DNA from: Zootoca vivipara
Lineage: Eukaryota
Length of the DNA stretch: 64,000 nt
Direction: 5' to 3'
Assembly: GCF_963506605.1 (NCBI RefSeq)
Contig: NC_083276.1
Span: 22,568,001 to 22,632,000, forward strand
In this document: positions 12,980-25,868 of the stretch, in pieces
Numbering within the stretch: the first letter of the stretch is position 1
Layout of the letters: the number at the start of each line of letters is the position of its first letter
The notes under the pieces: generated by a model
What the model was told of the DNA's origin: nothing
What the model saw: only the letters and a program-made list of their open reading frames with translations
Databases searched by the model: none
Translations under genes and position numbers: made by a program

Positions 12980-14350
12980 GTAAAAGCGCGTTTCAACTTC
13001 CGATGCGCACAAAGGAGCCCGCCGTGGCGTTAGCTCCCCAAGACCAGATCTGTGCTCAGCAAAAGCGCCTGGGCTGTAGCAGGAGCGGCTTGCAAGGCGA
13101 GGCGAGGCGCGCGCTCAGCAGCAGCCGTGCAACGAATCCCCAAAGCGAGGCACGCACAGCGCCTGCCTCCGACGACGAGGCCAGCCCCGGGCAGCTGGAG
13201 CAAGAGCGGAGAACCGCTTGCATGCGAATTAATCGGGGAGGGAGGGATTACATCTCCTCGCGGAGGGTTACCAGCGCGCTCGATCTCTTGGCCCAGCCCC
13301 TTAACGCTCGGGATATGCCGAGGCGTCTTCGCCGGAGGTTTGTGAAGAGCTCTCCGATTGGCCGAAGGGACCCTGCAATGGTTGGCGGGCAAGAGCCGGG
13401 CGCCCGGATTGGCGGCCTTGTACCTGCAATGCGTCAAGCAGTGATGCTGGAGTGAATGTGCCGGAGAAGGGTTTTTGTATGAATGGCGGGGGGCGGGGGT
13501 GAGGGCGACTCCTTTGCGCGGGGTTTGCGCCGCCGCTCGCATCTGCTAGGGTGGCCCGGTGGGCGCAATCGGGCTTGCCTTTGCGATTTGCAGCAGGGGC
13601 GGCTGCAGCCCCGAGCAGGCGCGCGGGATTTGGATGGCCAAACGCGTGTCAGGGCTGCTGACTTTTTCCTGTCTCCCTCCCGCGTGGAAACGCGGTCGTG
13701 GGGAAGCTGTCAGAAGTGTGACCAGCGCGTCGCCACCCATCTCTCTCTATCTCTCTTTATTCCACCCTCCCTCCTGAGTAGGACACACACCCCAAGAGCA
13801 GATCCTGGGTGGGCAGGTGGTTTTGCAACACGCCCCAAAACCGGATCTCCCCCTCCGATTTTTGCAACACAGTCCCGCATCGTGGCAGCAGCGGCGACTG
13901 TCGGAACAGCGCCGTGCCCTCGCGGGCGCAGGCGATACAGAGTCGGGACAGAGGGGAAGCCGCGAGGGCGGGACGCGCAGTAACCGCATCCCCAAGTATC
14001 GATGTCGCTGGCCTCGCCCGGAGATCGTAGGGACGCGCTGCTCAGTTTCCAAGCAGGGCTGGGACCCAGTGACACTTGAGAGAGGACTCTGTAAAGAGCA
14101 AGCTTTAAATAGGTAGAAGTAGGGCGAAGGCTCTTTATCGTCCTTTCGCGCTCCAATGCGAAAGAGGCGCGTCGCTATAATATATATATGTGTGTATGTG
14201 TGTTTCATATGTCTCACCTATTATTTAAAGGGGGACGAGGAGAGAAAACTCGCGCTAGGGGAGGGTGCGGAAAGAGTCGGATTCTTCTCCGTATGTTTAA
14301 AAACGCTTGAATATCTGTTTATTGCTATCGCGGCTTTTTATTTTATTTTA
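12980..14350. promoter_or_regulatory. Orphan CpG island, promoter/enhancer-like
   Basis: Very CpG-dense with no TE termini seen. Inverted CCAAT boxes at 13357 and 13408, GC box at 13490-13498. Confidence 0.6.
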
Positions 14351-14895
14351 TTTCCCCCTTCAAGAGCTGCGTTAAGGGTGACTCAGCAATAAGCCAGTTC
14401 GATGAGGCTTCGACACCGAATAGCTTTTGGAAATAATAATACTTAATATTCGGAATACTTCTCATAAATAGTAGGAAAAGTTCGGGTGCAAAGCTGCCTG
14501 GGCCAGATGCCCTAAGTCTTTATAGAGTACGCTTTTAAAAAGATTTCCATAATTAGGTTTATTATATTAATTTTAAATAATTCCAGGTTTTGTTTGTTTA
14601 GCCTTTGATAAATGATGTTTGTACATTTTTTTTCTTCCAAACCAACGGTGACCATCCAGTTTTAAATATATCATCTTTTAAAAAGTAAACTTTTGCAATA
14701 CACTTAAGTCATTTGGCTTTTCCATGCCTGTATAATTCCATTTTTAGTATTTGTGAATTGAGGGTTTGTCATTTGTGTGAATTGAGCAAAGGAAGATTGG
14801 GTACTCCAGTTCCTTCCCCTCTTTCCTTGTTCTGTGGTGGGGATTGTTGTTGTTGTTGTTGTTTGGTAATTTAACCTAGAGTAACCTAAAAGCAA

Positions 14896-15202
14896 GAAGA
14901 TACCTACGGTATCCATTCTGAAGGAAATCAGCTCTGAGTGCTCACTGGAAGGACAGATCCCGAAGCTGAGGCTCCAATACTTTGGCCACCTCATGAGAAG
15001 AGAAGACTCCCTGGGAAAGACCCTGATGTTGGGAAAGATTGAGGGTACTAGGAGAAGGGGACGACAGAGGACGAGATGGTTGGACAGTGTTCTCAAAGCT
15101 ACGAACATGAGTTTGACCAAACTGCAGGAGGCAGTGCAAGACAGGAGTGCCAGGTGTGCTCTGGTCCATGGGATCACGAAGAGTCGGACACGACTAACCA
15201 AC
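14896..15202 (+). mobile_element. RTE/BovB LINE 3' end
   Basis: YFGHLMRREDSLGKTLMLGKIEG..RRGRQR.RWLD peptide, CAA-type tail, TSD AACCTAAAAGCAA. Confidence 0.9.
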
Positions 15203-17022
15203 AACCTAAAAGCAATGCCAAGTTTGAAAAGGTTAAGTGCAGCATTGTTGTGGCTTCTGACTATTTTGAGCAAATAATTTGAAGTACTGTATACCAAAAC
15301 ACATTTTAAACTGATAAAAAAGGGGTATTACATATTTCTTGTATATGTACGATTAACCAATAATGATTTAATACATGTATATTCAAAATGTAGTCTGCTG
15401 CAGTTTGTAGGAGGACCAAATGCAAACGAAAACAGAGCTCTTGTGCCTTTAGTAGTTGTGCACCAGAGGAAATTTCAGGAGATGCAGCTTATCTCATCCT
15501 TGGATGGCAAAGCTGCACATGCCCAAATTGCTTCTTTCTCACAGTATTAAAGCCCCTGTTTTTTCCTTTGTGTCTGGTCGCTTTAGTAATTTGCTTGCCA
15601 AAAACCCCCCCAAAGATCCTAATGAATTGAATCAGTACACATGCAAAAAAAAAAAAGTGTTTGTGCGTGTGTGCTTGGTAATTACTTGTGGGACCTGCAG
15701 TCAAATGTTGCAGTGTGAAGTGCTCCTGTTCAGTGTTTCAACTTGCCAGCTGAACCATTTTCCAGGACACTCCACTCAGTTTCCTTCCTCTGGGTTTTCT
15801 CCTCCCCATCCCCCAACAGGCATTCTGCATTCTGTAGCTACTGAGCATGCTCAGTTCTCATTGGCCTGTTTGGGAGTGTGCCCCCGCCCCAGTTCCCCTA
15901 TTTCCCCCAAAATACCTCTTTTGCAGTTTTGCAAACCTGAAAAACTTCCTCTTCTCAGAGGCCCTGTTTGGACTACAGATAAGAGTTCGCTATCATAGAA
16001 AGTGATAAAGTCCTAGAATGTACTTGAAAAGTAAATTACGTGTATTGCTTTGCTGTTTGTGTGGGACTCAAGGTAAACAGCATTTTTTTTTGTTACCACT
16101 TGTTACAGTAATGAAAACATTGTTTGTCCAAACTCTCTACTGTTAATAAAGAACTTGGTGTTTTGAAGCTGGATGGAACTGGAACTCATAATATTTGGCA
16201 TATAACAGTAGCCCGCTTACCTAGTTTATACTTTGTTAAGAATATATGTAAGTGTATACACAATGTTTTTGAAACAGGTTGTAAGTTGATTTTAGACTTG
16301 CTGTATTAATAATTACGGATGACATCCCACATTTGTTACACTGCAGTTCAATGCATTGAAATAAAGGACCTTCAGCAGTAAAATGCAACATAAGAATTAA
16401 AAGAAGCAATGGAAAATAAAGTTGAAAATCAAATTGAATATTTAATGCGATGGATGCACCATCTTCCAAGCACAAATCCACAGGCGCTCTGTAGACCCCC
16501 TGAATAAAGCGTGTAGACCACAATTTGGCAACTCTTGTTCTAGAGAAAAATGGAGCAGAATATTAAATAAATAATTGTGCATCTTTTTAATGGGTCACAG
16601 TTTAAAACCTTCAGATTCGTTTCTTGAAAAAGTAATATAATTAGACAAGTGGTGTGATAAAATAGCACTCATTTCAAAATATGCTGTACTAGCATATTTT
16701 TTAATAAAACGGCAAAATTACAGCTGAAATCAATTCAAAATATGCAGCTCTGCCATCTCATGGATCCTGGCTGGTATTACCAAAATAGAGAAAATGTAGA
16801 AGGTAGTCATTAGTATCAAGAGAATGATCTGCTTACATTTTCTTTTTTCTTTTATCATTCTTCCTCCTGGAGTTTACTTGCTTGCTTCCTCCCCTGCCCC
16901 CCAATTCCCCCCCCCCGAGAGAGACTCCCATTTTGCAATTCTAGCAATATAATATTTTATAGGATCAGAGCCTGAGTTTTTTAACAGATGTTTGGGAGGA
17001 ACGGTCTCCCTCTAAATAAATA

Positions 17023-17299
17023 CAGTGGTGCCTCACTTAACGAATGCCCTGCTTAACGAAATTTCCGCTTAACGAAAGGTTTTTTCTAGCGGAGGTTGCC
17101 TTGCTAGACGAATGCGTTTTACGAAAAATTTGTCTAGTGAATCGCAGTTTCCCATAGGAATGCATTGAAATTCAATTAATGCGTTCCTATGTGCAAAAAA
17201 AATAAAATCAATGCATTCCTATGGGATTTGCTAGACGAACTTTTCGTTATAAGAAAAGACCTGTGGAACGAATTAAATTTGTCTAGCGAAGCACCACTG
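17023..17299. mobile_element. Tc1/mariner-type MITE
   Basis: TIR CAGTGGTGC.TC with TA duplication. Confidence 0.85.
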
Positions 17300-19232
17300 T
17301 ACTCACATTGTTGCTTCTGTTTTGCATATGAGACTATGATGGTACTTCTTTAAATAAAATCAGTGTGAATTTTTGAAATTCAAACAATGTTTATTTGTCT
17401 CAGAAGAAATTGCTAAGCTCTTTGGAAGCTTTGGAATGACATTGTAGAATCAGTGTTTGCATGAAGTTGACAGTATTAGAGTCAGGCCCATTCTACAACA
17501 AGCCAGTTAACTGAAGTACTATAGTTTAATCCCATTACTTTTAGGGGGGGGCAGATAAGTGATTGGGTGGGCAGTTAACTGTGCTGAGCAGCACTTTATT
17601 ATAATTAATGACATCAGCATCTTTGTCACTTCAGAAAGTTGAAGCAAGGGCAATCTCTTTTCCCCCCTCCTACACTTGGGTTTAATTGACAAGCTTTTAG
17701 CTTCCAGCATTGGAAGACCTCTTTTTAATCATTTAATAACATAGCGAAATTGTTTGTGAGATGTTGACCCTGATCAGTGAATATATTTATTTTGTCCTTC
17801 TCTAGCTGAAGGGAAATCTTTTGAGCACCAAGGTTGTCAGGTGTGCCTTATTTTATAATGCAGTGCCTTGCAAATAAGCTCTCAAAATTTAGTAACCTGC
17901 CAAGTTTTGTTTTGTTTTTTCCACTAGTCTTCTGAACATTCTCTCTGCAGAGCACTTTCTCTCAACTCCCATCGCCTGCTAAACCACTGCATGCAGTTCC
18001 TTATCATCTGTGGTTACCAGAAAGAGTGCTTAAATACAGCCTGTGTTCCATATTCCAGAACATTATAACACCACAGAATATAAAGCATCCCTCCTTCCCC
18101 ACCCCCCCACAATTTTTAGAATGCTGCATACAGTTTTGAAGATCTGTTGCTGCAGAATGCTTCTGTCTTGCATGAGCAAGAGTCATGTTTTTTCAAATCA
18201 TTGCCCACAGCCGTTTGCCTGATGGCCAACTAGTTTTGAAACGGCTTTCAAAAGCAGGTTTTAAAGTGGCACTGGGTGCTTCCTGTTCAGAGAAATAAAA
18301 GTGTTGAAGGCGGCTACCTCTATTGAATCAACTTTTGTGGTTCAATATGATTTGCAGACATAGAAGAAAAACATAAAGAGGTTTTAAAGCAAATTGAAAA
18401 TAGGTTTAAAACTACAGAATGAACACCTGTGGCAGAGATTTTTTTTCATCCAGCTGGAAAGACTAGTAGAAGAAAAAAAAATTATTCGATTGTTGCAGAA
18501 AGTACAAATAGTGGACTGCTGTTGTATCTCAGTTGGGATGCTATTACATGGAGAACTAACCTTGCCTCTTAAATGTTTTGAAGTGGGACTTCCTGTAAGC
18601 TTACCCAGGCTTTTGGGACTAGCTCTACCTTTCAAGTCCTAGTACTGTACTTTCCCCTTCTGCAACAGAATTTGAACTCTGGTCTCCCAGGTCCTAGACC
18701 AAAACTATAACCACTTCACCACACTGTCACCCACAGCGTGAAGGAGACTGCCTGTCTCTTAAAGGGGAGCCATATCAGTAATGGTGTACGGTTACGGTAG
18801 TTCCTTTGTATGCAACCCACACAGAAACCAATTGGGATCTCTGTTTGAGAAGATGTGAGCTAGACCCTCGGGTGATTTTTGAGTGTTTCTTGCTTACACC
18901 TTCCTGGTTTTTTTGTGTGTAGTCCTTGAAATGTCTTGGCTTGAATAGTATAGTTCTACATTATTTTGTATATTCAGGAAGATTCTGGGCAGACTCGCAT
19001 TGTAATTTGACACACGTCCTTGACAAGCAGATTGAACTGTCTTCCACTTTGCTACAGCTATCTCTGCAAATTGGGTTTTGATTTTTAAAAAGTTGTTTAT
19101 ATGAAATAGGGTATGGCTTCCTGTATGGTTGGGGGTGAATTTTTTTATTTTTTTTGGAAGAAAGGTTTTTAAAGTACACATACTAACAGGACCTTGTATT
19201 CGGAATCATCTATCTATAGCTATCGTTTATCT

Positions 19233-19618
19233 AAAAAAATTCCTTCCAGTAACACCTTAGAGACCAACTAAGTTTGTCAATGGTATGAGCTTTCGTGTGC
19301 ATGCACACTTCTTCAGATACACTGAAACAGAAGTCACCAGACCCTTATATATACCGTAGTGAGAGGGTGGGGAGGGGTATTACTCAGAAGGGTGGTGGGA
19401 ATGGGTGATTGACTGATAGGTGTGGTAATACCCCTCCCCACCTTCTCACTATATATACCGTAAGGGTCTGGTGACTTCTGTTTCAGTGTATCTGAAGAAG
19501 TGTGCATGCACCCAAAATCTCATATCAATGACAAACTTAGTTGGTCTCTAAGGTGCTACTGGAAGGAATTTTTTAAATTTTGTTTCGACTACATCAGACC
19601 AACACGGCTACCTACCTG
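19233..19618 (+). mobile_element. Penelope-like fold-back element, older copy
   Basis: About 150-bp imperfect inverted arms (19233-19383 and 19425-19574) with the same terminus as the 56.6-kb copy. TSD TATCGTTTATCT/TATCTTTTATCT. Confidence 0.82.
19283..19320 (-). ncRNA. Minimal hammerhead ribozyme motif (intact); the + strand partner at 19488-19525 is decayed
   Basis: The - strand reads GUAUCUGAAGAAGUGUGCAUGCACACGAAAGCUCAUAC with an extendable stem I. The + arm has lost the G of GAAA and has other changes. Confidence 0.72.
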
Positions 19619-20619
19619 TATCTTTTATCTATCCATCTTAAGAATGCAAACAAGAAGAAAAACAGCAACTTAAGCTTCTGAATACTATAAATGACAAACA
19701 ACCCAGTGATGATGATCATTCCCTGAGGAGCTGGTTGTTCTTACCATCTTTTCAAAAACACAGTTGGGGAATATTCATAGTACAACAATTAAATTCGGGG
19801 GGGGGGGGAGGAGTGTGATTACTTTTGCTTGCAAGGCACTGCATCCTTGGTGCACAGGAATTAATTTATTCAGATAAGAGTAGGAAGCACTCAGTTCCCA
19901 TAAAAAATGGAAATGGATGTGATGGCTGAAAGTGTAAATGCCATTAATAATAATAAAAAGATTAGATGTGTTTGTGGAGGACAGATCTATCAGCAGCTCT
20001 TAGCCATGATAATGAAAATTCAGCAGCCTTCTCCAGCTTGGTGTCTTCAAATGCTGTATTTTATTGGAACGATCATCGCTGATCATTAGCAATGCTGGCT
20101 GGGGCAGATGGGATTTCAAAACCATCCCACAATAGGAACTTGTGGAAGAGCTAGGGTGTCCAAAACTGTGAATGAGTTGAGGAGAGGACTTCACCTTTAT
20201 TGCCCTAGACTAGGGATGAGGAGTCTGCGACCCTTCAACTCCCATGATCTTATATCTTTAGCAATACTGGCTGGAATGGATGGGAGTTGGAGTCTAACAT
20301 CGGGAGGGCACCATGAAGGTGCCTATGGGGAAGGGATGGGGAACCTAAGGCCTTCTAGATGTTGTGGGACTCCAAACTCCAGTCATCCCCAGCCAGCCTA
20401 GACAGTGGAGAGCTCTCTGCTATAGTCTTTAATGAAAACAAAAGCAAATAGCTTTCCTACTGTTTCCCTCAGCAGCTGTGTTTCAGATACAGTATTGTGA
20501 AAACATCAACACCTATGCTCCAGCAGCAAGTACTCCTATCTGCACAGCCAACAAGGTGGGAGTAAATACTCTTGTCCGTTTTAGTGTACTGATGCTGTTG
20601 TAAGAATTTTAAGGTTATA

Positions 20620-21608
20620 TCCTATATAATAAAGTCCCTGTGTCTCTGCATCCAGATTCCGTGTGTCCCGTTTTTCGCGCTACTGAGCATGTGCCCCACG
20701 GACACGGGGATTGGACGCAGAGACTGGATGCACACAGAGCCGGGGGGGGGAGGAATGCGGTTCTTTCTCCCTCAACGGCTTCCCTTCCAAACTGCCGTTC
20801 CGCGCCTCGCCTCCCGATTAATGGCGCGAGGGAAAGAGGGAAAGGGACCGTGAGGGATTGAGAAGCGAGTGCGCGTTCCCCGCCGCCGTTACCCATCCCC
20901 ACCCCGCCGCCGCATCCCAACCCCTCCCCCCACCCGGCGTGAGGCAGGCTGAGCCCTGGGTGGGTTGGGAAAGGCGAGGAGAAGGAGGCTGCTTTCCCCC
21001 CTTTTTTCCCTCTCCTACGCTCCCCCCCCCAACAACCAGCAGCAAGCAGGCGTCGCACACACACACGCACGCTCTCCCCCCCCCACCCCTCTGCCTACCG
21101 TTTCCCTCACGGTGCAGGATCAGAGGCAGACAGAAGCGGGGACAGCGCATGGGGGGGGGAGGAATAACAGCCTGGGGGGAGATGTTTGACAGGGAGCAGG
21201 GAAGGAGGGGCGGGCGGCAGCCGCCCGCCCCTCTTTCCCTGCTCCGTGAAGCATCTCCTCTGCTACCCCGCGCCTCCGCTGCGTTCAGCAAGAAGATGGT
21301 GGCAGCGGAGGGATGCTGCTCATTCTTCCCCGCTAACCCTTCGCAAAAGCAGGCTCGAGCCCAGGGGGAGGGTAGGAAGGAAAGAGGGCCCTGGCCGCCC
21401 CTACCTTCCCCCCTCCCCTGCCTAGGCATGGACTGCAGCAGCGGAGGAGGAGGAGGCGGAGCAGCGACAGAGGAGCAGCACCGGTGGCAGCCCAGGAGAG
21501 TCCCGGCACGTGTGGGTGGAGAAAAGAAGGGAGGGGGAGAGAGGGGGGAATGGGCGGGGGAATTGCATGTTCTAGCACCCGTTAATTTAACGGGCTTCAA
21601 GATACTAG
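20620..21608 (+). mobile_element. Non-autonomous Helitron
   Basis: 5' TCCTATATAATAAAG. 3' hairpin CCCGTTAATTTAACGGG (21578-21594) followed by CTAG (21605-21608). Inserted between A and T with no TSD. Confidence 0.88.
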
Positions 21609-24444
21609 TATATATATATTCATAAACATGTACATGAATGTACAGGCACATGTCTGAAGCAGCACAGGAAGACAGGCCTGACTGACACCATTTTGACTCT
21701 CTCTGACCAAGTGTTCCTCTGCAAGGAAGAAGGGGGGTGGGGGGAACCTTCTCATTGTCTCAGGAATTAAAGTGATAATCCCTGGCATCCTGATACCTGA
21801 GTGCCAGACAAAAGGGTGTGATTAACTTGGCTGGGAAACAGGGAAATGTAAATCTCTCTCTTTTTTTGTTGATTAGGTTTTGGGGGCAGGGGGCAGGGTC
21901 GAGGATGCTCAGATTACTGCCACCAGACCTCCCCTTTCATGATGTACCTATGATGAATCTAGGGAGGGCGGTCTTGGGCTACACCCCTTCTGTGACGTAT
22001 GGGTGATGCTTCTGGGGGGTGGGCTGAAACCAATTTCAAATTTCTATTTAAGGGCAGGACACCTTTGTTTGGGGTTCCTTCCTTGTTCTCCTGGGTGAGG
22101 GGAAGGACCCTGTTGCAACAGCAAAAATAAAGGCTTTGCTTCTCAAACTTCTCTGGTTGGCCTCTGTTATATCTCCGACCGATGGAGAACCCAATAAAGG
22201 GCTCTTGTGTACCCCATAAGGGAATAAGGGCAGATTTTTGCTTTTAACAATGCCCACCAAGGAAATTACTGCTACTGTATTTGAAAGACTAGGTGAAAAC
22301 ACACCGATCTCACTAATTTACAATGTGAAGTGTCTTCTGAGATATGGATCACATCTTTTATGTTTTGTAAGTATAAAGCATCAGTGGTTTATGAATGAAA
22401 TAATATTTTGATGTAATGTGACTCACAGTGATTTCTAAATGCATTAAGGTCACAACAACCTCTTTGTACATTAGCAAGATCATTCAATAGTTTACAACTG
22501 CAGTGTATTCCAGTTCAATGCACTGCAGAGGCTCTTTTACTGCATATGTATTGACTTCCTCCAAACTTCTGCCATATTGATTGTTCAAGAACTGCAGAGA
22601 GCTTTCTGCTGAGATATAACATCTAATTCCACCAACTGTCCAGTGTAATAATGAATCATTTTTATAATTTCATTACCAATAAAAGATACCTTGGTAATAT
22701 AATTTACTGAGGTTGGCTTCTTCAACATGTCAAATCCATCATCTTGTTTATATCTGCATTATCAGAATTTGGTAGGGCCAAAGACGAGGGAAGCGTTAAT
22801 CTTCTGCTTGCATTACATATCAAAGCGGAGAGGTGCTCTGATGGTGAATGAAATGAATGGGTGCCAGTCCTGATAGCTTTGGCAGTGTGACACTAGAGCA
22901 AGTGGCACTTAGGAGGTTTATCATTTTTACATTATTTATAGCTTGAAAAAAAACAACAACACATGACTCTGCAGTAAACTGAACTCTGTGCCAAAGAGAA
23001 AAGCAATTTACAACATATCCAAACAACATTTCAGTTCAAGTTTGTTAAAAACGATCACACTAAGAACTGAATCTTCTATTTTCAGTTAAGAACATAAGAA
23101 GCGCCCTGCTGGATCGAGCTTGCCTAGCATCCTATTCTCACAGTGGCCAATGGGCAGCCTGCAAACCGGACCGGAGGGCAAGAGCACTCTCCCCAAATGT
23201 GATTCTCAGCAACTGGCTCCATCATTTTTGTGCTGTGTGCTTTCTTTTGTCTGTCCTGAATCTTGTAACGTTCAGCTTCTTTGGCTGGCTCTGAGTTCTA
23301 GCATGACGAGCAGATCTGTGACACACATTTAAAACACATCCAACGGACATCACTTCTCCCAAATAATCCTGGGAACTGTAGTTCCCCCACAGTGGCATAA
23401 TTCCCACCATACTTAACAAACAACAGTCCCCTGGATTATTTGGGGGAAGTCATGTACGGTACTTTAAATGTGCGTTGGAATCGTATTTTGCTTACTCATT
23501 GGTCCCTCCTTTTTTCACAGCTGTTGCACACTGGGCTGACATCTTTATTGAACCATCTGTTACGACCCCAAAGTGTTGTTCCTGATCAGTCACTGGCAGT
23601 TCAGATCCCATTAGTGTGCATGCTAAATTGTGATTTTTTTGCCCCAGTGTGCATCACTGTACACTTGCTTTACATTAAATTGCATTTTCTATTCAGTATC
23701 TGGAGTCCCCCTGCATGTCTAGATGATTTATTTTTTTTGCTTGATGTATCTATAATACATTCGTCTAATAATAACTTTCAAATCTCCTTTCATCATTATA
23801 TTTTATAAGCATACATTTGAAATGCATCCAATTGACCAGTAAGTGAGACTGTGGACTCATTTAAAATCAAAATTTCAACAAACCATTACAAAATAGCTAT
23901 TTCATTACAAAATAGCTTGGGGGAAAATCCTTTATCAAATACATGTTCAAAGTGCTGTTAGGAGCGCTCTCTAGACTCTCTGTGATACTACTCATTACTA
24001 TACCGGAACGAAGTCTTTTGTCTGCATTATACCTTTCCATCACAAAAATATCGGCTGCATTTTATCTAAATAGGTCTAATGTGCTAAGGAATAAAGTTTT
24101 AGTGTAATTGAAAATGTAATCGATAGCACCCAGAGCAGTAAATAAATCACTGGGGTTGTTAATTCAAAGTACAGTTAAGTAATTTGTTGAGCACTGTAAC
24201 AGCAAGTGAAAAATCATATTAGCAATGGTAAACGAATGAAAGGGGGCTATCATTTCATTATTTCAGCTGCCTGCAGGAAATATTTTTGCATCCTTAAAAT
24301 ACATCTATATACTGTATATACTTGTTTTACTGAAAGGCTTATTAAGCCACTGTGGGTTTTTTTTAAAAAAGCATATTAAATGAAACTTATAAATGTATAA
24401 CAATATTGTACATAAAGCTATGAGTATGTACATAGAACATAGAA

Positions 24445-24773
24445 TGCGGGTGGCGCTGTGGTCTAAACCACAGAGCCTACTAGGGCTTGTCGATCAGAAG
24501 GTTGGTGGTTTGAATCCCCGCGACAGGCTGAGCTCCTGCCAACCTAGCAGTTCGAAAGCATGTCAAAGTGCAAGTAGATAAATAGGTACTGCTCCAGCGG
24601 GAAGGTAAATGGCGTTTCCATGCGCTGCTCTGGTTCCCAGAAGCGGCGTAGTCATGCTGGCCACATGACCCGGAAGCTGTCTGCGGACAAATGCCGGCTC
24701 CCTCGGCCTATAGCACTGCAACCCCAGAGTCGTCCGCGACTGGAACCAATGGTCAGGGGTACCTTTACCTTTT
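24445..24773 (+). mobile_element. Sauria SINE
   Basis: Near full length. Direct repeat TATGTACATAGAA at 24425-24437 and 24774-24786. Confidence 0.92.
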
Positions 24774-25832
24774 TATGTACATAGAAACGAGGAAACTATA
24801 TACAGTAGCTCAGAAGTGAACCCAAACAATAACAAAAATATGTTAGGATAAGATTTTTCCGATTTAGCAGGACTGGAGAGGTCTCCCAGAGACTAGCTGT
24901 GTTTCAAACCATTTGAGATTATTCTCCAGAAGCAGCTAAATAAATCTCTGTCCAACCCACCTGTTCCACACACAGAGGGCACATCTAGACTGTCGCTATT
25001 TTGGGGAGGAATTCAATCACATTCTGGCACATTCAGGTTACTCAATAAGAATTGATTCGGAGCTATTATGCAACAGATCCCTCCCCCAACTGGAGTTTTT
25101 GCTTTAAGAAAAGAGATGAGGAAATGCACTGGAAAGTGTGTTATAACATTTGCTTGGTGCAACATTCTCTCATCTTCCTGTAAACAAATCAGAATGAATG
25201 CTTAATAAATAGCTGGCTTCATCTAATCTCCTCACAAATTAGGAACACAATGCTCAAGAAACAAGTTTTCCGGAAGTGACCTGAATAACTATTGTTTTAA
25301 ACGAGGGTTGGGTAACCTGAGGCGTTCCAGATGTGGCTGGACTTCAACTCCCATCAGCCCCAGGCGGCATGGCTAATGGTCAGGGATAATGGGAGTTGTA
25401 GTCCTGCCGCATGTGGTTCCTCATCCATATCCCCCCCCCCAAAAAACTGTGTGCATGCCAAATGCCCAAATCTCTTTGAGAGGTACTCTGAAAATGTGCT
25501 GCTTTTTAGCAGTCTTTTTTTGAATCACATTTGTGGTTTTGAAGCATCTGACACCGACTGAAGGAGCTGGTGGTAATGTTCCCATTGCACATGGAACAAT
25601 GCGGTCAGAATGTTCTTAGAAAGGCAGGGAACTGAATCAAGAAGGAGTGTCCTCTGGGTCTCTTTCCACTGTCAGAGAGCCCTGACAGGTTTATCTAGCA
25701 TTGGAGGCATTCAAAACTGTGCTGGGTGGCTGTGTCTAGACACCCATTTAATTTCTCACAATGCCATGCCCTCCGACATTTCTCTGATTAAAATAGTGAT
25801 GTCCTATTCCATGATAATAATGATGTTAAAAT

Positions 25833-25833
25833 A

Positions 25834-25868
<35 letters not shown>

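Noticed and set aside
13003-14217. Several 100-170 aa ORFs in the CpG island
   Set aside because: Open in many frames, no recognisable domain, no consistent exon structure.
20818-21651. 255-aa and 277-aa ORFs as proteins or a Helitron RepHel
   Set aside because: Pro/Gly-rich, open on both strands because of GC content, with no HUH or helicase motifs.
24040-24300. AT-rich, repeat-free block as a conserved non-coding enhancer
   Set aside because: Conservation cannot be judged without alignments.
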